A stretch of DNA of 64,000 bases, taken from positions 800,001-864,000 of the forward strand of contig CAXXKA010000006.1 of assembly GCA_963668625.2 (NCBI GenBank), given 5' to 3'. Under the pieces are notes generated by a model, which ran no database searches, was not told where the DNA came from, and was given only the letters and a program-made list of their open reading frames with translations. The translations under genes and the position numbers were made by a program. Origin of the DNA: an uncultured candidate division Zixibacteria bacterium. GTDB lineage: Bacteria; Zixibacteria; MSB-5A5; UBA10806; 4484-95. Shown here piece by piece: positions 40,158 to 50,092 of the stretch (position 1 is the first letter of the stretch; the number at the start of each line of letters is the position of its first letter).

Positions 40158-41660
40158 GTGATAAAATCGCGCCTGAAAATACTGCTTTTCATAATGCTAC
40201 TAGGCTTTTCCTGCCAGGCGTCTTTCGGCCAGGCTTACAGCACTTTTAACGAACGCGATGATCAATACCGTCTGCTGGGATTGAAGCGGGCGAAGGAATC
40301 ATACGAGGTTGCCCGGGCGGAATACGAGCGGCAGAAAGAACTGTTCGATAAGCGCCTTATCTCGCAAACCGAACTCGATCAAGCGCGTGGCGTATTTTCC
40401 GATGCCGAGGTAAACTATCAGCAATCGCTGCTGGCCGTGTTGTTCGAAAAACAGTTTATCTCGGTGCAATCAGCGGTAAAGTACCATGCCCCCGATGGCT
40501 CCCGCCATGTGCGTTTGACAATGGCCAACACCTCAGGCGGTTCCGAGGAGTTTCAGAAGATGCTCAAGATCGATGACGAGCTTTTCAGGTCTCTTCAACC
40601 TAATATTATACACAATACTTACGTGTCGTTGATGAACGATGACAACGCTATAGTCAGCCAGCCTTATGAGGCAAAAATTACCGAACTTCGATATAGCCAA
40701 CCGCAGACGATCGATTTCCGGCTTCTGCAAGACCTTGACGCCGTAACCGTGTTCGTAATTTACGGTAATGGAAATCAGCGAAGCATGAAAATATTTCTTC
40801 AAAAAGATTCCTCGGTGAATAAAGTCGCAGTTCAATCGGAGCAGTTTTCTCAGGAGGTCGAACTCGGCAAAACCGCCAATTACGGTTTGACACTCGAGCT
40901 GTTCAGTGGTATCGAAAATACATTCTCACTCGAGGTGGTCAACCTACCCTCGGAAATAAGCCATTATTTCAGCAATGCCGACGGTAATGTCAGGCTGAGG
41001 CAGGTCAAGTTTAACGAAAGCAGCCGGACTAAAAATGCTATCCTGAAAATAACGTTGCCCGACAGGACCGGGGCCGAACTCGCGATGGATGAGCCGATCG
41101 TTTTCTATGCCCTGGCAATGCCGCAAAACAAGCTCAAGGATGTGAGCGGTAAGCGTGAACATCACTGGACGGAGGAGGAACTGATTGCTCTCGATATTGG
41201 CTATGTCAGGCTGGAATTGATACCTCGCGGTAGAGGCGAATTGATAGTCAGGGCGCCACAGCTATATCGTAGTATACTTCCCGATGAGACAGTTGAGATG
41301 AGCCTTGACCTGGTTAACGAAGGCAGTCGTCGATTGGACCACATTGAGATCGAGGCCGACCCGCCGCTCAATTGGGATAAAGAGATCATTCCCCAGAATC
41401 TAGCCTCGCTGGATATTAACGAAGAGGCGAAAATCAAGCTCAAATTTACCCCGCCTGAAAATATAGCGATGGGTAAATACGAGATCAGGATTAAAACCTC
41501 AGGACTTTCCAGCGGATTACCGGTATCAGGCAGCGAGAAGATAGCTACGGTGGAGATACGTTCCAAAACCAATATTATCGGCACGGCTGCTATCGTGTTG
41601 TTTATTCTGCTGATTGTCGGGGGAATAGTATTTTACGGTATAAGGCTTTCAAGAAAATAA
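40158..41660 (+). CDS. Exported/membrane-anchored protein with coiled-coil and NEW3-like domain
   Basis: Signal peptide; efflux-hairpin-like AEYERQKELFDKRLISQTELDQA; LVNEG...PPLNW...P..IAMGKYEI; C-terminal TM. Confidence 0.65.
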   Translation: MIKSRLKILLFIMLLGFSCQASFGQAYSTFNERDDQYRLLGLKRAKESYEVARAEYERQKELFDKRLISQTELDQARGVFSDAEVNYQQSLLAVLFEKQFISVQSAVKYHAPDGSRHVRLTMANTSGGSEEFQKMLKIDDELFRSLQPNIIHNTYVSLMNDDNAIVSQPYEAKITELRYSQPQTIDFRLLQDLDAVTVFVIYGNGNQRSMKIFLQKDSSVNKVAVQSEQFSQEVELGKTANYGLTLELFSGIENTFSLEVVNLPSEISHYFSNADGNVRLRQVKFNESSRTKNAILKITLPDRTGAELAMDEPIVFYALAMPQNKLKDVSGKREHHWTEEELIALDIGYVRLELIPRGRGELIVRAPQLYRSILPDETVEMSLDLVNEGSRRLDHIEIEADPPLNWDKEIIPQNLASLDINEEAKIKLKFTPPENIAMGKYEIRIKTSGLSSGLPVSGSEKIATVEIRSKTNIIGTAAIVLFILLIVGGIVFYGIRLSRK

Positions 41661-41680
41661 CTGCTAATGAAAGGTAAGAT

Positions 41681-42469
41681 ATGAATGAGACTAGCATAAA
41701 TTTCACGCCTGCACTGGAGGCAAAGAACCTGACCAAAATATACGAGGATGATGTAAGAGCGTTGGACAATGTCTCGTTTACGGTGAAACCGGGGGAGATA
41801 TTCGCTTTACTCGGCGGAAACGGAGCAGGCAAAACAACAACTATAAATATCTTTCTCAATTTCATAGAGCCTACGGAAGGGCAGGCTTTAATAAACGGTA
41901 TAGACTCGTCGGGGGAGCCGTTGAAGGCCAAGAAAAACGTGGCCTTCGTTTCGGAAAACGTGATGTTGTATTCTAATTTTACTGCCATCCAGAATCTCGA
42001 TTTCTTCGCGCATCTTGGCGGACAAAACGAATACAGCCGAAGCGATTATCATGATATATTGTTCCGGGTTGGGCTGGATGAGAAATACCATTCGAGGAAG
42101 CTGAAAGATTTTTCCAAAGGGATGCGTCAAAAATGCGGTATCGCCATAGCTATATTGAAAAACGCTCCCGCGGTACTTCTGGATGAACCTACCTCGGGAC
42201 TCGATCCGAAAGCGGGGCGCGATTTCATAGAGCTGCTTAAATCACTTAAAGATGAGCGCAAGGCGATACTCATGTCCACTCATGATATATTTCGGGCCAA
42301 GGAGATAGCCGATACGGTGGCGATCATGGATCGCGGTAAGCTGGTGATGAAAAAATCAGTGGCTGAGATTGCCGATAAGGATCTCGAACATATTTACCTT
42401 CAGTATATGAGCGGTTTTAACGGCGTGGATGAAGGAAGTGGAGGGCTTTATGCTGAAGGTCATCATTGA
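41681..42469 (+). CDS. ABC transporter ATP-binding protein
   Basis: GGNGAGKTT, FSKGMRQK, LLDEPTSGLD, H-loop. Confidence 0.95.
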   Translation: MNETSINFTPALEAKNLTKIYEDDVRALDNVSFTVKPGEIFALLGGNGAGKTTTINIFLNFIEPTEGQALINGIDSSGEPLKAKKNVAFVSENVMLYSNFTAIQNLDFFAHLGGQNEYSRSDYHDILFRVGLDEKYHSRKLKDFSKGMRQKCGIAIAILKNAPAVLLDEPTSGLDPKAGRDFIELLKSLKDERKAILMSTHDIFRAKEIADTVAIMDRGKLVMKKSVAEIADKDLEHIYLQYMSGFNGVDEGSGGLYAEGHH

Positions 42470-43877
42470 AAAAGAGATTCGCGATCTTGTCGGCTCCTCC
42501 AAGTTCGTTATCACATTCGGCGTATGCGCGTTTTTGGTCATCCTGACATTTTACCTGGGGGCCACGCGTTACAAGCTGAATCTAGCTCAGCATGAAGCTT
42601 CGAAATCCGAGCTGTATCGGTCGATGGAGGGAGTGACCGATTGGTTTGATATCGAGGATATCAATATATTTCTGCCACCTCAACCGTTGGCTGCTTTAGT
42701 GTCCGGCGTCTCCAACGATATCGGGCGCACCGCTCATATCTCCGGTCAAGGATCGATTCCCACCGAGGACAGCAGGTACAACGAGGACCCGATATTCGCA
42801 ATCTTCCGCTTTATCGACCTGGAGTTCATTTTCGCTGTCATCCTGTCGCTATTCGCTATTCTGCTAGGCTATGATATGATAAGCGGAGAAAAGGAGAAAG
42901 GCACCTTGAAACTCTCGTTTGCCAACGCCATACCGAAAGGCCAGTACATATTAGGCAAACTGATCGGCTCGTTGATTACGCTATTCATTTCGATAATACT
43001 TGCTATCTCATTAGGGGTGCTGGTATTCGTGCTGATGGGAATAGAGCTGAACTCGGGAGAATGGCTGCGCCTGGGTTTGATAATACTTTCCGGGATGCTT
43101 TTTATCGGTGTATTTCTCAATCTTTCGGTATTCATCTCGGCGCTTACTCATCACTCGGCCAATTCGTTTCTGATCCTACTGGTTATCTGGGTGATGTGCG
43201 TGCATATAATTCCCCGGGCGTCGGTGTTGATGGCGGCGCGTTCGGTGGATGTATTATCCGTGGATGAGATCACCTATCAAAAGGCGATATTGTCAGCGCA
43301 ACTTTCCGAGGAGTTCCGGGATGGCATGATGAATTTCTCGATTGCCCCGAATACGGGCGATCCCGAAACGATTAATATCGGAAATATAAACCGATATATC
43401 GATTCGTTGAGTGGCATCCGTGAAGCCAAGATGAATAAATTGTCATCCCGTCTGGATGAGCAGCGAACGAACGAACAGCGGCAGCAGGAGATTCGGGCAA
43501 TGGGCATCGCCAGGATATCGCCTGTAACCGCCTACTCGCTTTCGGTCGCCGACCTGGCCGGCACCTCGACTCGGCTGAAAAACAGATTTTTGGATGAGGC
43601 CATCAAATACCAGGACGAGTTCCGGGAGTTTATCAAAGAGAAAACCGGTTTCAGTTTAGGCAGTGGCCTGAGAGTTACAGCAACTTTCGATGATGGCAGC
43701 GAACAACAAAAGCCTGAGCCAATCGATATCGGGGAGATGCCGGCGTTTACGTTTGCCAATCACGGTATTAAAGAGGCGGCTAATAGAGCGGTGAAAGATA
43801 TGGGCTTACTTTCGATTTTTAACCTGTTGTTTTTCGCCGGAGCGTTCATCGCGTTCGTGCGGTATGATGTCAGGTAA
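42450..43877 (+). CDS. ABC-2 type permease
   Basis: MLKVIIEKE..., ISGEKEKGTLKL, multiple TMs, ends RYDVR. Confidence 0.88.
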   Translation: MLKVIIEKEIRDLVGSSKFVITFGVCAFLVILTFYLGATRYKLNLAQHEASKSELYRSMEGVTDWFDIEDINIFLPPQPLAALVSGVSNDIGRTAHISGQGSIPTEDSRYNEDPIFAIFRFIDLEFIFAVILSLFAILLGYDMISGEKEKGTLKLSFANAIPKGQYILGKLIGSLITLFISIILAISLGVLVFVLMGIELNSGEWLRLGLIILSGMLFIGVFLNLSVFISALTHHSANSFLILLVIWVMCVHIIPRASVLMAARSVDVLSVDEITYQKAILSAQLSEEFRDGMMNFSIAPNTGDPETINIGNINRYIDSLSGIREAKMNKLSSRLDEQRTNEQRQQEIRAMGIARISPVTAYSLSVADLAGTSTRLKNRFLDEAIKYQDEFREFIKEKTGFSLGSGLRVTATFDDGSEQQKPEPIDIGEMPAFTFANHGIKEAANRAVKDMGLLSIFNLLFFAGAFIAFVRYDVR

Positions 43878-43889
43878 GGGTAGGTAATA

Positions 43890-45349
43890 ATGTTAAAACA
43901 TATGATAAACAAAGAGATAAGAGCAATTTCATTAAGCCCCAAATTCACCGGCACGTTTTTGGTTTGCTCAATACTGATACTTCTTTCCATGTATTCTGGG
44001 ATCAGGGAATATAATGCGATGAACGAGCGCTATCATTCGGCCTCGCAACTCGTAGATCAGAAAATAGAGCAAGTTACATCATGGAGCAGTATGAACACGC
44101 GTGTTTACCGCGAGCCCGATCCGATGCTGGTTTTCGTTTCAGGACTCGACTACGATATCGGCCGCTGGACGCCGATTTCCGATGAAAGCAGTATCAAGCT
44201 AAAAAACAGCGCTTACTCGGATGATCCGATTTATGCCGTATTCAGATTCATCGATTTCGGTTTTATCGTGCAATACGTGCTGACTTTATTTGCGCTGCTG
44301 TTTACGTTCAATGCCATAAACGGGGAACGAGAGGATGGTACGCTCAAGCTGGTGCTATCCAATTCGATTAAAAGAGCTAAATACCTGACCGGCAAGATTG
44401 TCGGTACCTGGCTCAGCCTGGTTATTCCGATAAGTATCCCGGTACTTCTGGGACTTCTCTTGTTGATGATATTCAATGTGCCGCTTGGTGCGGAGGATTG
44501 GCTGAAGATAATATTATTTCTGGTATTTTCGCTGATACTATTCACATTCTTCATTTCGCTGGGGTTGTTGATATCCGCGCTTACCCGAAAATCCTCTACC
44601 TCGTTTTTAATCAGCCTCGTGATCTGGGTTATCCTGGTGATAATCATTCCCCGGGCCGGGATTATGGCTGCTGGTTATATGGTGAACGTGCCGCGCGTGG
44701 CTGAAATAGAAGGGCAGTTAAGCAAGTACTCCCAGGATTTATGGAGGAATTCAATCAGGGATCATCGGAGCGCTGGGCGGAATACGAACAGGAAGGTGAC
44801 GATATATCAATCGATGATGAGATGTTGTGGGAGATGCTCGAGGTCGAGGATTCGCTGCAGCATGTACTCGAACAGAGAATTCATGCTTTCGATTTGAAAC
44901 TGCGAGAGGATTTACGCCAACGGAAAATACAGCAAGAGAGGTTGGCTTACGTACTTTCGGGCATATCGCCAGTGGCCGCTTATCAGATAGGCGCGATGTC
45001 TTTAGCTGGCACCGATGCCGAGATAAAGAAGCGTTACGAGGACGCTGCCAATAACTTCCGACATGAGTTTTACGAGCATGTAGAGAAGAAGAAGAAGGAG
45101 ACCGGTGATCTGGGCAGGATGATCGTTACTTTTACTATGGATGATGATGGCAATCAGAGCATGTCAAGCGCCGGCGACCGCGAGCCGGGCAAGCTCGATA
45201 CCGACGGCCTGCCGAAATTCTCACCACCGAAACAGACATTGAGCGAGGCAATATCGCCCACGGTATTGCCAATCGGTATGATACTGATGTATTCGATAGT
45301 CGCTTTCGGTGCGGCCTCGGTGGCATTCGTAAGGTATGATGTGAGATGA
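43890..45349 (+). pseudogene. ABC-2 type permease paralog split by a one-base-deletion frameshift near 44743
   Basis: INGEREDGTLKL in the 5' ORF; the 3' ORF 44741-45349 ends RYDVR like its paralog. One extra G in TGGAGG joins them. Confidence 0.78.
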
Positions 45350-45429
45350 TGCTGCGGTAGGTCACGCGTGACTAACCCGCGCAAGATTTTACAACCGTGG
45401 TATGCATGAAATAGCAGAGAATTCAACAA

Positions 45430-45680
45430 GTGGTAGCCCACCTCAGGGGGACTATTGAGAAGTCTATTTCATGAGTTGTTGGGCGAACGAAGTCCTTTAT
45501 TCATCTTTTCCCGGCGACATGCCGCATGAATGCAGCAGGAAGGAAAGGATTCCTTCCTGCTCAGTGAAAGATAAAATAGTGGCAGCCCACCTCAGGATAG
45601 AAGATCTGAGGTGGGTTAGCCTGCTTGCAGCAAACGAATATCCCCGCCCCGTTGTCAGGAGCTACAGCTCCTGACCTACG
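45430..45680. repeat. REP-like palindromes
   Basis: (T/C)AGCCCACCTCAGG occurs twice; CCCACCTCAG...CTGAGGTGGG hairpin; GTCAGGAGC-taca-GCTCCTGAC followed by CTAC. Confidence 0.5.
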
Positions 45681-45879
45681 CCTCACCCCATCTCATAAAC
45701 ATCTAAATAAATTATTTCTTCATCATAAAAAAGTTAGCTGACAGTAAATCATCAACTTAGAAAAACAGGTGTGCTTGCACCATCTACTCAGGCTCAATTA
45801 TTATTCATTGCGGCTTGACAGCTCGGAAATTCCATCGTATAAACACCCGGTTGTAATGTTAATATTAATTCTTCTTTAG

Positions 45880-45998
45880 GAGGTTGTTGAAAAGTTTGTC
45901 ATTAGCGTCGTTAGGAATCCTTTCCTGACGAAATACCGCTTGGAACCAGGTGACAGGAAGGGATTCCTACCACCTCAGGCAGGTTTTTCAACAACCTC
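45880..45998. mobile_element. MITE-like element
   Basis: Perfect 14-bp terminal IR GAGGTTGTTGAAAA / TTTTCAACAACCTC; inner IR TAGGAATCCTTTCCTG / CAGGAAGGGATTCCTA. Confidence 0.6.
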
Positions 45999-46017
45999 TC
46001 AAGCAACGGTGGTGTGA

Positions 46018-46662
46018 ATGGTTCCCCCGAATGGTGATTTTATTAAACCGGGAGTTCTAGAAGTCTTTCCCGGATGTATGTTCTCGTTTAAAACCAGACG
46101 ATTAGTAGATAGAGTAAGACCGCTTCAACATATACCCGGAGCCAGATTTCTATTTATCCGGCCACAGATCGATACCCGTCCCCCGGATGTTCGCAACGAT
46201 CCGCTCGATTACGCTAACTGGGAGTTCGTTGACCAGAATAATCCCGAGGGCATATTCGACCTGGTACAAACGGTTCATTGCTATATCTCTATCGATGAGG
46301 CGCACTTTTTCGGAGATGGATTCACGCAAGTGATCGAGGAACTTCTACTGGACGGTAAGAATGTAGGAATAGCCGGACTTGATCTCGATTTTAAAGGTGA
46401 ACCGTTTGGCCAGATGCCGGATATCCTGTGTATGGCCAACGAGGTTTACAAAGGCTCGGCTGTCTGCAAATACCCTGGATGCGGCGCGCCTGCCACGCGA
46501 ACTCAGCGGCTGTTAAACGGCCGACCGGCGGATTACGACTCGCCGCTGGTAGCAATCGAGGGCGAGGCGTATTACGAGCCGCGATGCCTGCACCATCACG
46601 AGGTGCCCGGCAAACCCAAGCTGGATACGGTTTATTTTGCCAGAAATGTGCAGAGTAATTAA
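46018..46662 (+). CDS. tdk: Thymidine kinase (divergent P-loop)
   Basis: GCMFSFKT, IDEAHFF, AGLDLDFKGEPFG, C..C...ATRTQR, YEPRC..H. Confidence 0.88.
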   Translation: MVPPNGDFIKPGVLEVFPGCMFSFKTRRLVDRVRPLQHIPGARFLFIRPQIDTRPPDVRNDPLDYANWEFVDQNNPEGIFDLVQTVHCYISIDEAHFFGDGFTQVIEELLLDGKNVGIAGLDLDFKGEPFGQMPDILCMANEVYKGSAVCKYPGCGAPATRTQRLLNGRPADYDSPLVAIEGEAYYEPRCLHHHEVPGKPKLDTVYFARNVQSN

Positions 46663-46765
46663 CATAGTATTTCAGAATCTTGACATTATCTATATTCCTA
46701 TTTGATATTTTGGGTGCAATTATATAAATTAGCCGCAATTAATTTAAAATATAAAGGGAGGAGCG

Positions 46766-47485
46766 ATGAATACGAGCCAAACTAAAGCCGTAACCGGAAA
46801 CCTGACTATCCATACCAACCCATTGATCGAGCAGGATCTTACTATTATGATGCAACAGGATGCTGATATACGTGATTACAACGGCGCGGTTACTCGTATC
46901 ACTTTCCTGCTTGCCTCTTTAGCCTCAGGTTTGTTAGATACTAAACAGCTCGAATTCACTACTAAATGGGGGGAAACCCAAAGCCAGGTGATCGACTCGC
47001 AGCCGCTTATCATATATATAGAGCGCGGGGTTAAAGCCATGCGTTACCCGTTCGAGCTATTATATCCCAATGCCGATACGCTTACATTAACAGCCTCCCG
47101 GGATGGTGATAATCCGTGGAACGCCAAGCTTACCATGATGAATATCAAATTTCCACCACATAATCCAAAACGTAAGTATATTATTGCGGATGCCACCTGC
47201 GCTACCGGCGGGACTATTTTCGCGGTCGCCGATTACCTCAGGAAAGAGGGCTTGATCTCGCCTGATAATAACGAGGTGGATAATTTGGCGGTAGTCAGCA
47301 TATTCACCGGCCAGCCCGGTCTGGACAGGTTATTCGAGACGTTCCCGAAAATTCATGTGTACACGGCCAGGGTAATTCCCGAGCTCGATAAGCATTGCTA
47401 TTTGATACACGGTCCTTATGATGCCGGTACACGCGGTAATTTCTGTATCGAGACGATTAAGACCATACCTGAGAGTAAGAAGTAG
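46766..47485 (+). CDS. upp: Uracil phosphoribosyltransferase (divergent)
   Basis: DATCATGGT (cf. DPMLATGGS), FPKIHVYTA, LDKHCYLIHGPYDAGTR (cf. LNDHGYIVPGLGDAGDR). Confidence 0.72.
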   Translation: MNTSQTKAVTGNLTIHTNPLIEQDLTIMMQQDADIRDYNGAVTRITFLLASLASGLLDTKQLEFTTKWGETQSQVIDSQPLIIYIERGVKAMRYPFELLYPNADTLTLTASRDGDNPWNAKLTMMNIKFPPHNPKRKYIIADATCATGGTIFAVADYLRKEGLISPDNNEVDNLAVVSIFTGQPGLDRLFETFPKIHVYTARVIPELDKHCYLIHGPYDAGTRGNFCIETIKTIPESKK

Positions 47486-47570
47486 ACAAAGCCCACTCGG
47501 GGCTTGACTGACCCGCGTACATAATTACAAACACAATTTGAATTTATAGAAACAATTTAGATTAATATAT

Positions 47571-47954
47571 CATCTCATTACGAAGCGCTGCTTCGTGATG
47601 CCGCTGGCATTGGAACGGTTATTTTATAGCCCACGCCGGGTAAGCCGTTTCCCAAGCAGCGCTCGGGAAACAGGGAAAAGAGGGTAGCGCTCGGGAAACA
47701 GGGAATAGACGGCAACGTTTGGAGCACAAGGGAGAAATGCAAATGGATTTCTCCACCCGGTGTCAGCAGCTACAGAACTATGCACCCGATTTGTCGCCCT
47801 CGGCTTTTCGCTATAACTAATTATATCTTATCACTACTGTCCGGCCTTTCCATCTCGTTGCGAAGCGCTGCTTCTCAACGTGGCTTGTTTACCGGCAGAA
47901 TGCGCATTCTACATGACTCAAGAAGGTTTCCAAGCAGCGCTTGGAAACCAGGAA
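47571..47954. repeat. Two ~105-bp REP-like units (47571-47677, 47851-47954)
   Basis: Each begins CATCTC(A/G)TT(A/G)CGAAGCGCTGCTTC and ends TTCC(C)AAGCAGCGCT(C/T)GG(G)AAAC. AGCGCTCGGGAAACAGGGAA is also tandemly duplicated. Confidence 0.6.
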
Positions 47955-48115
47955 ACTAAGCCTAACATCAGCAGGACATGTCAGGATGCATGATACGCTG
48001 AATATAATAATTATATCGGAAAATATTTTTCACTAACAATTCCAAAGAAAAATATAAAAATTAGCGAAAAACGCCGGACACTAGTGATATCTTATATTCT
48101 ATTACCAACCTCTGA

Positions 48116-48566
48116 TTATTTCCCTATCAGCTCCTCCACCTTGGCTATAACCGCCTCCGGATCGATTGGCTTGTCGATAAACATATCGGGCTTCAGCATA
48201 CCGTCATCCCGCATTTGTTTGATATTTTTTCGCATTGCCTCGCGCAAGGCTGTCGTAGGGACGCTCATGCGTATCATCCGATTCGGCGTCGAGATCATCC
48301 AACACCTCAGCCACGCCGGTAAGCATTATCACCGGTAAATCTTTGTATTTTTCATCCATCCTGAGCTGCTTTATAAGCACGAACCCGGTCTTTTTCGGCA
48401 TCATAACATCCAGTAAAACCAGATCCGGGTTTTGAGCTTTTATCATCTCCAAACCATCCCTACCATTATCGGCGGAGATGGGAGTATAGCCGTTCTCCTC
48501 CAGAGCGGCTGATAAAAACTTGACTGTGCTGACATCATCGTCAACTACCAGAACTTTTTTGGCCAT
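48116..48566 (-). pseudogene. Single-domain response regulator split by a +1 frameshift near 48246
   Basis: VVDDD, LDVMMP and MLTG lie in one frame, KPIDPE in another. Removing one base gives DSLREAMRKNIKQ...KP. Confidence 0.78.
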
Positions 48567-50061
48567 GATTGTTCTCCTTGTTTACGCCGGTTGCTGTTAT
48601 TGGAATCACGATCCGAAACACGGTACCCTTATCGGGTTCGGATTCGACATCGATATTTCCATTATGTACTTCGATCATTCTCGAGGTGATAGATAAACCC
48701 AGACCGGTGCCGGCCTTGCTTTTAGTACTGAAAAAAGGCGCGAATATATTGGCCTTGACATCCTCCGGCATTCCGCAGCCGTTGTCACTCACCTCGATAA
48801 CTGCGTTTTCTCCATTATGATTGCGATAAGCGGTAAGCTCAACCCTGGGTGTTTCACCCTCGCTATACTCTTTCCACAGGCAGGCATCGATGGCGTTAGA
48901 AACGATATCCATCACCGAGGAGTGAATCATCCGCGAATCGCACTGAACCAGAGGCATCTCAGGCGAGGAGTGGAGCTGAAATAGCACGCCTTTATCTGCC
49001 GCCGATTTCTCAATCACCTGGTTGATATCAGATAGCAACTGCGATAGGTCGACATCCTCCGGGCGAGGTTTCCACTCTTTAACGTACTTGAGCATATCCA
49101 TCGACATGGCGGTGAGCTTTTCGATACCCTCCTGCACGATATCCCAGCCCTCGGCCAGCATCTTCTTATTATCTTTGGCTATGCCTGTCCTGACCATATA
49201 CGAGCCGCCCTTCAAGGCATTGAGCATGTTTTTCATCGAATGTTGAATGCCGGTGAACACCTCGCCGATTGCCGCCAGACGTTGCGATTGTATAAGCTGT
49301 TTCTGCAGGCGTTTCTCCTCGGTGATATCCTTGCTGATTCCGATAGTGCCGATCATTTCACCGGCCGGATTACGCAGACGCGAGATAGTCAATAGAACAT
49401 CCCTGATCTGGTTATCGCTGGTGCGGAATTTGGTTTCGTAGTTGGCCACGCTTTCACGATGCTCCAACCTGCCGATGGCTATCTCTCTATCGCGAGGATT
49501 GGCAAACAGCATCTCTATAGGTTTGCCTAAAAGATCGAATCTTTTATAGCCAAGGGCATTTTCGGCGCCGGAATTTAGCGAGAGAATTTTACCGGTAGAA
49601 TTGACCGTGATGATTATATCGGCGGTGCTTTCCAGGATGCCCTCCAGATAATCGCGGGCTTTTTTCAGCTCGGCAACGAAAAACGACAGCATATCGGCCA
49701 TATCGTTAAACGAGGAGGCAAGCTCGCTGAATTCATCGCCATCATTCTCATGCAAACGATAGTCGAACTCTTTGTCGGCCAGCTTCTCCATCGCGATCGA
49801 TAACTTGTTCGCCGGTTTTTTGATATACAATCCGACAATGAACCATGAGAATCCGAAACTTAGTATTATTAATATTGATAAGGTGATAATCGTACGAATC
49901 AAACCGCCCCATTCGGAGATACGCAGAAGATAGAATCCGGAAATCAACACCAGCGAGTTTAGTATGAAAAACGCCAGACCCAATTTCCAAAATATCGTGA
50001 CACGAGAATACATGAGTAACCCCATCACCTTAGATTTACGGTAACGACTCGTTGAATACAC
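48541..50061 (-). CDS. HAMP-PAS sensor histidine kinase
   Basis: 2 TMs, HAMP (DEFSELASSFNDM), PAS, H-box GIQHSMKN, DNGCG, GTGLGL. Confidence 0.9.
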   Translation of the reverse strand: MYSTSRYRKSKVMGLLMYSRVTIFWKLGLAFFILNSLVLISGFYLLRISEWGGLIRTIITLSILIILSFGFSWFIVGLYIKKPANKLSIAMEKLADKEFDYRLHENDGDEFSELASSFNDMADMLSFFVAELKKARDYLEGILESTADIIITVNSTGKILSLNSGAENALGYKRFDLLGKPIEMLFANPRDREIAIGRLEHRESVANYETKFRTSDNQIRDVLLTISRLRNPAGEMIGTIGISKDITEEKRLQKQLIQSQRLAAIGEVFTGIQHSMKNMLNALKGGSYMVRTGIAKDNKKMLAEGWDIVQEGIEKLTAMSMDMLKYVKEWKPRPEDVDLSQLLSDINQVIEKSAADKGVLFQLHSSPEMPLVQCDSRMIHSSVMDIVSNAIDACLWKEYSEGETPRVELTAYRNHNGENAVIEVSDNGCGMPEDVKANIFAPFFSTKSKAGTGLGLSITSRMIEVHNGNIDVESEPDKGTVFRIVIPITATGVNKENNHGQKSSGS

Positions 50062-50092
50062 TTTTCTTTATATCAACAGCCCCCGGTGGCTT

